A stretch of DNA of 64,000 nucleotides from Toensbergia leucococca (lineage: Eukaryota): positions 62,001 to 126,000 of the forward strand of contig JALDZS010000013.1 in assembly GCA_022813965.1 (NCBI GenBank), in the 5' to 3' direction. This document shows positions 11,161 through 22,141 of this stretch, piece after piece. Under the pieces are notes generated by a model. That model worked only from the letters and a program-made list of their open reading frames with translations. It did no database searches and was not told where the DNA came from. Position 1 is the first letter of the stretch. The number at the start of each line of letters is the position of its first letter. Made by a program: the position numbers and the translations under genes.

Positions 11161-12739
11161 ATGCCTGGACTCGTCGATGCTGCTGAAACCACTGCCTCGC
11201 TTACCGTTAAAGATAATCGCACAGGCGAGAGTTACGAAATCCCTATCCAACACAACGCCGTCAACGCTATCGATTTCAAAAAGATCAAAGCACCCGAAGA
11301 TCTAGAAAATCCGGGTGACCACACTGAATATGGCCTCCGACTACTTGACCCTGGCTTTTCCAACACTGCCGTCATGGAATCCGCAGTCACCCACGTGGAC
11401 GGCAACAAGGGCACCATCCAGTATCGAGGTCACAATATTGTGGACCTAATTGGGAAGAAACAATTTGCCGATATTACCTTCTTACTCATCTGGGGCCATC
11501 TACCATCAGACGAGGAGAAGGCGAAGTTCGAAAAGGATATCGCAACGGTCCCACTCCCAGATCAATCCGTCTTCGATGTGATCAAATCCTTCCCGTAAGA
11601 TAACTTTGCATCTCTGCAGTCGAGCATGAACTAATGATTTTCAGGCCGACATCTCCTCCAATTACTGTGATCACAGCTGGACTCGCTGCTCTTGTTGGTT
11701 CTGAGCCTGAAAACGTCCCCTCGTATGTGGCAAAGAATCTGTATCAGGGCCAGATGAGGACAGTAGATAAGACCATCATTCGCGTCATCTCCCAATACCC
11801 AGTTGTTATCGCCGCCGCCTATTGCCATGCAAATGGTCGAGCTTTCACGCCTCCTGAAGCTGACGGATCGTTTGTCGAGAATCTTTTACTCATGATGGGA
11901 CACGTTGACGCAGAGACCGGAAGGCCCAATCCTCTTCACGTTGACTGCCTTGAACGCCTGTGGGTGCTTACAGCTGATCACGAGATGACCAATTCAACTG
12001 CTGGTTTCCTGCACACGGCCTCTAGTCTTGCTGACCCAATATCCTGCATGATCGCTTCATTACAATCTGGCTGGGGTATCCTCCACGGTGGTGCCATCGA
12101 AGTGGCATACAAGCATCTTCAAAGCATCGAATCAGTTGAGAACGTGCCTCAAGTCATTGAGATTGTCAAGTCTGGCAAGGTTCGTCTCTTCGGATACGGT
12201 CATCGTATCTACAAAGTGGTCGATCCCCGATCCGTCTTTATCCGAGAAATCTTAAGTGAACTTGGAGAGAGTGCCAAGGATGATGACGTTCTCGCCATCG
12301 CCTTTGAAATTGATCGCATCGCCAACAGCGACGAGTACTTCACCAAACGTGGTCTCAAAGCTAACGCCGATTTATTCGCCAGTTTCGTGTACAAAGCAAT
12401 GTACGTTCCTCGCTACTCTTGGATTATTCTTCATCACTAACATCTAACAGTGGCTTCCCTCCGGACTTTATCCTTCCTCTCTCCTGCTGCTCCCGCGTTC
12501 AAGGCCTGATGGGTCATTGGCGCGAAGCAATGAACTCCCCTCCCCGTATCTGGCGCCCACAGCAAGTCTACACCGGCGATCTAGACAAACCAGCCCCACC
12601 TTCCGAAGAAGATGAAGAAGCTTTTGCCCTCCCGGTCGAGGTCGAAATTCCAGACGCACGAGAAGGCCGCCGAGGCTCGATTAATTTCTTGGCCATACCT
12701 GTCAGCTCCCAATCTGGGGAATCTCATGATAAAGAGTGA
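11161..12739 (+). CDS. Citrate synthase family protein, non-mitochondrial CitB/alkylcitrate synthase-like; introns 11595-11644 and 12401-12450
   Basis: LTVKDNRTG..YEIPI, DPGFSNTAV, IQYRG, ADHEM, LHGGA, FGYGHRIYKVVDPR, NADLF, SRVQG, IWRPQQVYTG; catalytic His/His/Asp present. Confidence 0.92.
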
Positions 12740-13786
12740 AAATGTCAACTAAACGATTGCATTGGTTTTCTATCTCAATGTGTGATATTACCAGGAGTTT
12801 TTCTTCTGGTTTGGTCTAGTGAGTTGGCAAGCATTATCAGGTGTTTTAAACTTTTATCTTGTATAAGAAATTGGGTTCGCGAGCTTTGACTTGACGTACA
12901 TTTTTTGCGACTTTTCTCTTTCTTTCCTCTTTGGCTAAAGGGAGGAATGGGAAAATGGGTGTCTCACATAGACTTGGGAGCGGGAAATGTATAACCTTTT
13001 TCCATCTTGACAAAACAAATAAACCAAACAAAACCAACTTGAACCAAAAAAAAATCCTTTTTTGTTTTCGCACCAACCTTTTAATTTGATCGATTTATTG
13101 GTTTTCTTTTTCTACTATCTGGTCTACAACATGTCCTTGAAAAAGCATGCAAGCAAGCAAGCAAGCTAAAAGCAACATCTTCACACCTCCACCAAAAGGA
13201 AAAAGAAGACCAAAACAAAAAAAAAAACTGTTCACAATCCCCCTCCTCCCCACACCCTTTCCCCCTCCTCCAAAAAAAAGAATACCTAACCCTCATGCAT
13301 TAAATGATCCCCTCGTCCCTCACCCCCACCTCCCCTCAACCCCCCCCCAAAAAACATAAAAACATACCACTTTCCCACCCCCAACCCCAACCCTCTCAAA
13401 CCCCGCTTCTAAAATCATCACACGAGGGAAGGGGAAGAGTGCGTTAGGATAGTGTGTGTGGGGTGAAATAGGATTACGCTTCTAAACATGGGTGGGGGAT
13501 ATATAAGATTCAGAAAACCACACCCCTACCCACAGCACAGCACCCCCACCAGCACCCCCATCAAAGGAGTGGGGGACCGAAAACGAGAAACGAAAACGAA
13601 AATGAAAACGAAATGATCATGGAAAGGGGGTGTTGTTGAAATAAGTTAGAAAATAGGTAGGACACACGCTTTCCCAGCCCACGCCCCAACCCCAACTCAG
13701 GACACAAAACCAAAAAGAATGCCAAACTAAAAAAAAAAGTGTGCCCCCCCATCAAAAACAACCCATGCACTGTAATCCCAGACCCT

Positions 13787-15958
13787 TCATCTCGCCCCAA
13801 AAGCATACCGATACCCAACCCTCCCCTCCGCATCCACAGTCCCCACCTCCCTCTTCCCCCACTCCCCCATCAACGCCCTCCCCATCAACTTCCTCTCCTT
13901 CGCAAGCTCCTCCACCCTCTGCCTCCACTCCCTCTCCCGACCTTCCAGCAACGCCTCAAACCTTGCTTCCAACTCCCGATTCACATCCTCGTTCACACTC
14001 CTCACCTCCTTCACTTCCTCCCTCGCAGCAACCAGATCCGCTCGCGCGCTTTTGAGCTCCGTGCACGTGGCTTTGAGTTTGGAGGAGAGGACGCGGATGG
14101 CGGAGCGGAGTTCAGTGACGGTGGTGCTTTCGACAGCGGGGGCCTGTTTGCGGGGGAGGGTGGCTTGGTGTTGCAGGGTTGTGAGTTGGGTTTGTAGGGA
14201 TGAGAGTTCGGCTTTGTGGGAGGATTGGATGCGCTCTTCGCGCTTGCGCATGCCGTCGCCGGCGCGGGAGATGGATGCTTTTAGGGCTTTGAGTTCGGAT
14301 TGATGTTGTTGTTGCTGGTCGAGAAGGATTCTTCTTTGTTGGGCTCTTAGCTCTTCGAGCTGGGAGTTGTGTGCTTCGCTGTCGGCGATACTCGAATTTC
14401 TCTCGGAGCGAAGCTGTTGGAGATCTTGATTTAACTTGTCGATTGTTGCTTCTACTTTCCGAAGCTCAGCTTTTTGCTCGTCGCTCGTTGACTTTGTTCT
14501 TTCATAGGCGCTTTTCATTTCGGTAAATTCTAGCATTCCATCCTCATTCATCTTTCGTAAACGGGCATTTTCATCCTCCAATTCCTTCAAGGCGACTTTG
14601 GCCTCCTCCAATTCGTCCTTTTCCTCCTCTAAATTGCTGAAAGCTTGTTGTATCTTTGATAGTTCCTCTTGTGCATGCTGGAGATCATTTCCCAAGCCAG
14701 CCACGTGAGTTTCCATCTTACGAGCAAATCTACTGTTGGGCGTCAAGTCCTTGACTGTCCGAATATGATCTTGCTCACGAACTTCAAGAGACCTGTGCAC
14801 ATCTAGTAATTTGGATTTGCATGTTTCAAGTTCCGTTCGTAATGTACTGACTTGGTCGCTAGCCGTCTTCCTGATATCTTCGACGTTATTCCGGTATCGG
14901 GCGGTCTCGTCTTGCGATTGTTTTAATTCCGTCTCGAGCGACTTGATTTTGTTGTCTGCCGCTATCTTTGCTCCCTCAGCGTCTGCTTTGGTGGATTCCA
15001 GTTCCTGTGCCATCGGCTCAAATTTGGCTCTCAAAGAACCAACCCTTGAGCCAACATCGCGGCGTAATAATTCTTCTTTAGCTAATGCTTTTTCTTTTAT
15101 GTTTGTAGCTGATTGTTCCAAAGACTTGGCCAGAGACCTCGCCTCTTGAAGCTCGGATTGAATTTGGTCGTAGTCTTGTTCTAGTAGCGAATACTGCTGC
15201 TCAAGGGCGTTCTTTTCGGAGCGATGCTCTTCTGCTTCATGCCGCAACTTTTCAACCTCTGCTTGGAGCGCCGAGATCTGATTGAAGACCTCTTCTGCAG
15301 CTTGGTCCTGGAAAGCCTCCGTATCTAGGTTTGTCGACGACGGTACTGGTAGTCCTCCAACCTCAGCACCTACTTCGTCGGTCTGTTCCTCAACTACGTT
15401 TTTTCCCCTCGCATGGGTTGGCGTGGACGTGCTCAACGGCATAAATTCACTTTCGTTCTCATTCTCATTCTCAATCCCAGTCTCTCCCTCTCCCTCTCCC
15501 TCTCCATGTTCTTTCTTCCAATCTCCCGTACCCCTCATCCACTTGTCTAGATTCATGGTGAAATCAGGTGGCCCGTCATCCTTGCTCTCCAAAGGCTCAA
15601 GCTGCCTTGTAGGCATCGTGACGGCACTTTCTTGCATCCTGAAACTTCCTCCGAGTTTTGCCAAGTCAATAGTAAAATCCCCCATGGTGTAGTTGCTTTC
15701 GCTCGGTAAAGATCCCACTGACGAGGCAGCCGAGCGTGTGCGATGACGACGTGGTAGGTGGACAGAGAAGTCACGATTGGCATATTTGTTCGACTTACGT
15801 GAGAATAATGCAGAGTCAGAGGTTGGGCGAGTGAGTGGGAGTGGGAGAGTGGAACTGATTGTCGGGGAAGTAAAGCCAGACGAGGTGAATTGGGCATGGC
15901 GATTTGGGGATGGAGATGGCGTATGTGATGTAGGAGAGTCCATCATGAGTGATTTCAA
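13787..15958 (-). CDS. Long coiled-coil protein, probably spindle-pole-body protein SnaD-like
   Basis: 723-aa ORF with extended heptad pattern, DFTMNLDKWMRG motif and C-terminal REREWR..MGRALMGEWG..GYRYAF; family recalled from memory, not searched. Confidence 0.55.
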   Translation of the reverse strand: MKSLMMDSPTSHTPSPSPNRHAQFTSSGFTSPTISSTLPLPLTRPTSDSALFSRKSNKYANRDFSVHLPRRHRTRSAASSVGSLPSESNYTMGDFTIDLAKLGGSFRMQESAVTMPTRQLEPLESKDDGPPDFTMNLDKWMRGTGDWKKEHGEGEGEGETGIENENENESEFMPLSTSTPTHARGKNVVEEQTDEVGAEVGGLPVPSSTNLDTEAFQDQAAEEVFNQISALQAEVEKLRHEAEEHRSEKNALEQQYSLLEQDYDQIQSELQEARSLAKSLEQSATNIKEKALAKEELLRRDVGSRVGSLRAKFEPMAQELESTKADAEGAKIAADNKIKSLETELKQSQDETARYRNNVEDIRKTASDQVSTLRTELETCKSKLLDVHRSLEVREQDHIRTVKDLTPNSRFARKMETHVAGLGNDLQHAQEELSKIQQAFSNLEEEKDELEEAKVALKELEDENARLRKMNEDGMLEFTEMKSAYERTKSTSDEQKAELRKVEATIDKLNQDLQQLRSERNSSIADSEAHNSQLEELRAQQRRILLDQQQQHQSELKALKASISRAGDGMRKREERIQSSHKAELSSLQTQLTTLQHQATLPRKQAPAVESTTVTELRSAIRVLSSKLKATCTELKSARADLVAAREEVKEVRSVNEDVNRELEARFEALLEGREREWRQRVEELAKERKLMGRALMGEWGKREVGTVDAEGRVGYRYAFGAR

Positions 15959-16542
15959 TAGTCAGTAAAGATTGATGGCGTGAGTCAAAATGGTATGTGG
16001 AGTGGTTCCGAATGATGGCCGGAATAAAAGTCGCGATCGTGTTGTTTACTCTCGCTTAAAAAGCCAGCCCTACGTTGTGAACTCAATCAACTGGAGCGAC
16101 GACAACCTCGACAACCAGGAGGAGGAGACCATTCTTGCCCATTCATGTCTCGCTTACCATGACAGCTTGAATATCCCAGTTATCGTTCTCAGTTCTGTGA
16201 CTTTTAGATGTGAGACTGCCCACAGTTGGGGTTCAGCGCCATGTTCCTATTCAAGCATTCAATCAATCAACATCCAGCAAGTTCCCGAAAAAGTGTACCC
16301 TGCATGTCTTCACCTTTCTTTCACTATTCAAGAATGAATAACCGATGAAGCTTTCAGCTCCCCATTTACCGTGAACATCGCCCGGTTCAGCACTTCATAC
16401 ATTCAACTCTTTTTCCTTAAATACCGAAGCTGGCCCCCTTGAGAATGTGCTATTTCTCATACTGCAAACAAATTCCATACTTAAAGCCTACTTCCAAACT
16501 AATACAAGATCCTGATACCAAATCCAAGTTTTACACAAACCA

Positions 16543-17040
16543 ATGCCACTCGTAACGAACAATGACAACTTCCTACCCGCTACCAAGCCCGACTGGAGCA
16601 GAAATTACCTACCCCCTCGTTGGGGTTATCCCCTCGTAACGAACAACGACAACTTCTCACCCGCTACCAAGCCCGACTGGAGCAGAAAATACCTACACCC
16701 TCGTTGGGATTATCCCCCCTGGTGGGAAGACGAGCATGATCATTTCATCGTCTACATCAGCGCCTTCCACGATCCCGACGTTATTCTGTGTTGGGATGAT
16801 TCCGTGAAGAAACACGTTTATGAGGTTCTGTTCCATGGTTATCCAGACTCTGATCTCCTCCACAAGCGTTCGATGGAGCTTAAACCTTATTGGGAACAAA
16901 TGTACAAAGTCATCGCAGCGCAAAGGAGATATTGTTGGGCGAATATTCACCTTCGATTCGATCCCAGATTTGACACCAACGGGGATCATAAACACAACTT
17001 TTCGAAGCTGAGCGTCTGTCCTGAGCAGAAGGGCGACTAG
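16543..17040 (+). CDS. Hypothetical protein with a duplicated 28-aa N-terminal unit
   Basis: 165-aa ORF, ATG in good context (accaATG), internal 84-bp duplication. Confidence 0.45.
   Translation: MPLVTNNDNFLPATKPDWSRNYLPPRWGYPLVTNNDNFSPATKPDWSRKYLHPRWDYPPWWEDEHDHFIVYISAFHDPDVILCWDDSVKKHVYEVLFHGYPDSDLLHKRSMELKPYWEQMYKVIAAQRRYCWANIHLRFDPRFDTNGDHKHNFSKLSVCPEQKGD
16546..16713 (+). repeat. Tandem duplication, 2 x 84 bp
   Basis: PLVTNNDNFLPATKPDWSRNYLPPRWGY followed by PLVTNNDNFSPATKPDWSRKYLHPRWDY; near-identical DNA. Confidence 0.95.
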
Positions 17041-18611
17041 TGGATTTGTTTGTCCGAGACATGTATCATGTCCTCTTTTAGGCGTCTATTCTCTTTCTAG
17101 ATGTACCTTGGCAGAAATCATGTCGACAGTCCTTGTCCTCTTCGAGCGTCTTCTCGACAAGTTCAAACGGCTGACAATTGTTCAAGGGCTGTTTAACACT
17201 TTGTTTGATTTTCCTAAAAGTTCAACACTATACTTTAACAAATCTCCCACGAGCTCCTCAACTCTGTACAATGACTTCAACCCTCCGGATGTTAATCATG
17301 TTCCTCTATTCACCACGGAAAATGAGTCGTACAACACAGCATGAAGGCTTCTCCTCTTCCTTAAATACTGACATCCTCTCACAAGTCTCTTGTTACTTCC
17401 TCAAACTCCAAGACTGCCCAACGCTATCCGATCAACAACCAACTCTTGCCGTTGTTCCTCAACATCCATCAAACAAGGCTTGGCGGCCAGACAGCTTCGA
17501 CAGTTCGTCTCGATGATTCATACAGAGCTTCCTCTTCCTGCGCGCTGGAAGGGATAGCACGATGAGTATCTCATTTACATGTATTGTTCTGACCGAATTC
17601 CCCTCGAGATTCGATCCAACATCAAACTCATACGACTAGACTTCCTGAAAACCTTCTTCTTTGTCATAGATGAGACAGTAATGATGGCACGTGTTTGCGA
17701 ATTAGCGCCCCATCAGTTCAGCATCATGGCAGACGTGACGGAGAAGGGCTACCTGTGGACGGCGAATCTCTCCTTGTAGGCGTCGGGATAGGTTGGGTAG
17801 AGGGAGGTCTGGATCCACATAATCTGAAAGTACTGTCGAGTACGAGGATGATTTCATGTTTCAGAGAGGCCGACATCCAGTTTGGTTGAAAGTATGCGTG
17901 CTTTTTTAATACCGCTTCTGTGCTGAGAAGTGAATATCATGACTCGCCATTAGCTTGGGTGCTCTGATGCTTATTGTGAGATAAACCTAGATTCTCTAGA
18001 ATAATAGAAAATCTTTACTCATATCTGTTTATCAAATCTCATTGAATAAGTAGCTCTTGCACATAAGTCTGTTTCCGACATCTGACTTCAAGACGTTGAG
18101 GAAGTATGATGGCTGGTCCAGGTGAATACGATATGTGATAGCTCGAGTAAGGATAATGTAAAGATATTGCCCATACTGTGTGATGACTGTTTTGTTGTTG
18201 ATGCGAAGTAGATATCTCCCTAGTAGCTGCTGTATCACTCAAGTATTGATATTGCCATTCCTGGGTGTGTGATTTTGGTCGTGAATTGGGCTCGTTTATT
18301 CATTCTGCAATATGACTCGAACAGCATACGATGATTCAGCTGCTCTTCCTTAAATACCGGCCCTTTCCTGCAACATGTTGCTATTTCCTCTACCTCAAAC
18401 ACCCCAATTTGAAGCAAAGCATCATTAAGCAGCACCTGTTCATCAAATTGATACCCGACAACAGAGTCTCGTGGCCAAACAACCTTGATAGCAGACCTTG
18501 CTCTATCTCAAATAGCTCGACCTGAAGCCAACCGTCGTCTAGCATCACTACCACTTCAATCGATACCCACCAATAGAGCTATTAGCCAGACAGCCTCAAC
18601 AACAGGACTCG

Positions 18612-18956
18612 ATGACTACGCCAGATGATTCGAGTGCACTCCTCCCAGACTGGACGGAGGAGCAAGACGCTTTCCTTCTCTTTGTTGTCCACCACGTTAC
18701 TATCGCCAGGCACTCCCAAGAGGGTGAGGTAAACATCAATACGTGGGAAATAATAGAACCATTCATACACACGTTCGGCTCCACACAAACGCCTCCGTCT
18801 ATCGAAGCCCGCTTGTGGAAGCTGGCCGAGGAGCCTGATTCGACGAAAGATGCAAGAATCGCACGAGCTAAAGAAGAGAACTACCCTTGGATAACAGATG
18901 GCTCAGTACAAGAATGCATAGATTTGTTTGACGCAGGCAAATATGAAAGTCTGTAG
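18612..18956 (+). CDS. Small Myb/SANT-like domain protein
   Basis: WTEEQDAFLL...TWEII..F...TPPSIEARLWKL follows Myb-repeat spacing. Confidence 0.5.
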   Translation: MTTPDDSSALLPDWTEEQDAFLLFVVHHVTIARHSQEGEVNINTWEIIEPFIHTFGSTQTPPSIEARLWKLAEEPDSTKDARIARAKEENYPWITDGSVQECIDLFDAGKYESL

Positions 18957-20969
18957 AACGCATGTTGGAATCCGCTTCTTGAGAGATGGACATTATTTTC
19001 AGTCAAAGGCATGCGTGGTCCTTTAGTCGTGGCACAAATCTGTTGTCGGGATAGGGTCCATTTTCTGATGTTGAAAACACGATTAGTCTTTAGCTTGCGC
19101 GCTCTGTATATCGTGGGATAGGAATAGTTTCTGTAACACTATTGAAAACTTTTGCTTAAGCCTGTCCATTTGTAGGATTGATATGAATGGCTCACGCATG
19201 AGGTTGGTCACTCAAGACTGCTGTGTTTTTCTAAGCGTGACAAGTGTTCTTCTAGAATAGCGACTAAATCTTGTCATTTCTTGGTAATATGATTTTTCAA
19301 GCTGCCGACTCCATAGCTGCTCTCGCTGCTATAACATTTGATTATCTTTGAGACTGCTCTCGGACAGAACCTTAAAATAGCCTTGAAGCTGCTTTGAGCT
19401 TGAGGATGCCTACGGCTTATCCCTGCTTGTCTTTGTAGAAACGAAGGCGAAAGCGAAGACGAATACGGGGTTGAAACGATGGAAACCCTTACCCTTACTA
19501 CATAACCTAAGTAGAGCAGGGAGGCTACCGCTATTGAGGAATAATCGTCGATCTCAACTTCTCTCATTGAATTGAATCGCATGAGATGATGAAGGGGGAT
19601 ATGGACGTCTTAAAAATCAATCCAAAGATTTGTATCGAAGAATACTTAACAGCCCTTCGGTGCGGGTAAAAAGGCTCGAAGCCTGCAGAGTTATTGATAT
19701 GCCGCGTTTGAGGTTTTCTTCTCGTGTTCGCACACCCAAGTCAATTCTTTGAGTGAAATTCGGAGTAGTTGAGACCTAGATTACGCAGCTAGAGTGGTGC
19801 CTGGAATTTGATGTCTTGGAGAAACGTTGCCCATAATATGTTATAACGCTAGTTCGGGATTCAAGCCATGAGTAGGTCAAAGAAGATGATTCCTTATCCA
19901 TCGCTACAAAACATCAGCTGAAGAATTATGTCGGTAAATGGATTCCGTGGCCGTACAACATAGATTGGCTCGTAGTCTCTTCAAGGGTATCTCTCTATCA
20001 AGGGAAGCACAGGCCTAGTGTGGTTAAAATGAAGTCATGCTGCTTCTTGGTATCTCAAGCCCCAACACCAACAGGATAACGCCATCGACCCTTTGAACGA
20101 GGTATTTTAAATCCACAAGGAAGATGGCAGATTCCGTTTGTAGCTAATAGCCCGAGGGACAATAAAGAAAGTGATGATAATCTGTCTTGGCATTCTAGAG
20201 ACTAAGTCAAAGAAAATAGATGTGATAGCTTGAAATGACAACGGCAGATTGAGGCATCACAAAGATCTTCTAATGGCATTCTTCCCTCGGTCAAGTATAG
20301 ATCCAGGGAATGACAAGTATTCTGATCAGCATAGGGGATAAGTTTCACTGAGAACAAGTGCCTAGGTCATTCTGAGGGCTCTTTCCTCAGATACGCAAGG
20401 CTTTGGGATGTCCTCGTATGTCCTATTCGGCCACGTCAAACGAAGATCCCGAACTAGAGTCTCAAACTCCCACACCGCCTCTTGAAGACGGACGCCATTA
20501 ACGTCATCTTCGACTCCAAAAAGCGGTTAATTTGCTGTACCTGAACATCTTGACTTTCGAATTGAGCCGAAACTGACTTGGGCCTGACTGTGCTCTCTCG
20601 TACATCCAGCCCCAGTCTCCTTCATTGATGGATGAAGTTCTCTAGACCTTGAGTCCTAGAGGTGAGGTAATAGGTGATATTTTGGTTGGAGAGTTTTCGT
20701 TGTAATTCGAGATCTCATTGAAAGATGATTGGCTGGGTCGTGGTCCTCCCATACGAAGGAGTACGCGCCTGGTCTGACTGATGAAGAATTAGGTAGGGGT
20801 AGCCAGAAGGGGTTCACTCCTCCGCATTTGGGTGACCGTCCACGTCCTCTCCTGAAGGTAGAAACAAACTTACGGCTGATCCAAAACTAACACCAATAAA
20901 ACCACGTGGCTGAATCCAATACCAAAAAAAATGGGGTTAGTCCGGCGGTTTCAGAGATGAAGCTTCAAG

Positions 20970-21445
20970 CTTGGACCCCTAAATAAGTTAGCTGGTGGGC
21001 CCTACGTCAATCTAACGTCAGCCCCCAAAAGCCCATCCACCAGATCAACATCCAACCACTCCCCTTTGCAGTAACCAACCCGAGCACGAACGCGAAAATT
21101 CCACAACCCATCTCCATCTGCCATCTTGTCCTACGACGCATGTAACGTCACCAAAGCTCCCCGTCCGAGACTAAAACACAATGGGGACGTTGCATCTTAG
21201 CCCCCTCCCAGCGCTGACTCCGAGTAACATGCACTGCACCTACCTTACCGCTTCAAGCCATGCCATGACGTACATGTGATACTCGACGTGGGCAACGATG
21301 GATCAAAGGCGTTTTCGGGCGTCGATGCAATGAGGCGCCGACAGCTTTACGGTGTGGGGTGATACCAAAGAGCTCAGAGCTACGCAACCAAGCTCAGACC
21401 CCTACGCAACACAGCCATGGTCAAGAAAAACATCTATATATGCCG
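20970..21445 (+). promoter_or_regulatory. Putative stress-responsive promoter (CRE-like ACGTCA/TGACGT, STRE-like CCCCT, TATA)
   Basis: ACGTCA near 21004, 21015 and 21145; TGACGTA near 21266; CCCCT near 20976, 21062 and 21202; TATATA near 21434. Confidence 0.4.
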
Positions 21446-21601
21446 CCTGATCCACTCGAACAACATCTATCTTCCAAACATTCATCACCATCTCTACTCA
21501 TCAGCTACATCCTCAAAGCCAAATCCAAAGTCAAACACATTCAATCTCGAACCAAACTTACCACTTCCAACCACATCCCTCTTCACCCACAAACAACAAT
21601 C

Positions 21602-21829
21602 ATGCTTCTCGCAGCCGGCTACCGCGCCTTCAAGAACCGTGACAAGTCTGGTTCCGCTCCTCCCCCTCAGCAAAACGGCCAAGCATCTGGTCAGCCTCAA
21701 GGCCAACAAGCTCCCGTCTACAACCCCTCCTACAACGGCCAACCTCCTCAAGGCCAAGCATACGGCTCCCAAGCAGCTCCTCAGTATCAGCAGAACGGTG
21801 TCAGTCCGGGAGGAGGAAATCGAAGGTAA
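21602..21829 (+). CDS. Small Gln/Pro/Gly-rich disordered protein, 75 aa
   Basis: ATG in strong context (caatcATG) after a C/A-rich 5' UTR; C-ending codon bias; MLLAAGYRAFKNRDKSG then QPQG-rich sequence. Confidence 0.65.
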   Translation: MLLAAGYRAFKNRDKSGSAPPPQQNGQASGQPQGQQAPVYNPSYNGQPPQGQAYGSQAAPQYQQNGVSPGGGNRR

Positions 21830-22141
21830 CGAGGTCGATATTATTATACCACACACACGAGGGCTCAGGATGGGCATAGATCCATTGTTGTATAGATTGT
21901 CAGGATTAGGAGTGTATTGATATTGGGTTTGGGATTTTCTTGAGATTGATATATTATATCGAATTAGTTCAAATTTTCGCTGAATTGATTCCTTGAATAA
22001 AATATATTCTTGAATCACAATATCTGCATTTTGGCTGTGAAATTTTGTCTTATTGCTGACGAATATAATTAAAACATCATAGGCTTGAGTTAAAAAAATA
22101 TTGTTCTCCATTTTCCATCATCACACTTTTCCCTCATGGTA

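Noticed and set aside
8053..12739. Ordinary mitochondrial methylcitrate-cycle pair (CIT3/PDH1-like)
   Set aside because: The synthase is not of the mitochondrial type and presequences are not evident; disfavoured but not excluded without a phylogeny.
16546..16713. CRISPR-like array
   Set aside because: Eukaryotic context; two adjacent coding units with no spacers.
19000..20900. Minus-strand gene relic with an AT-hook-like RGRGR
   Set aside because: Too fragmented to support a gene model or family.
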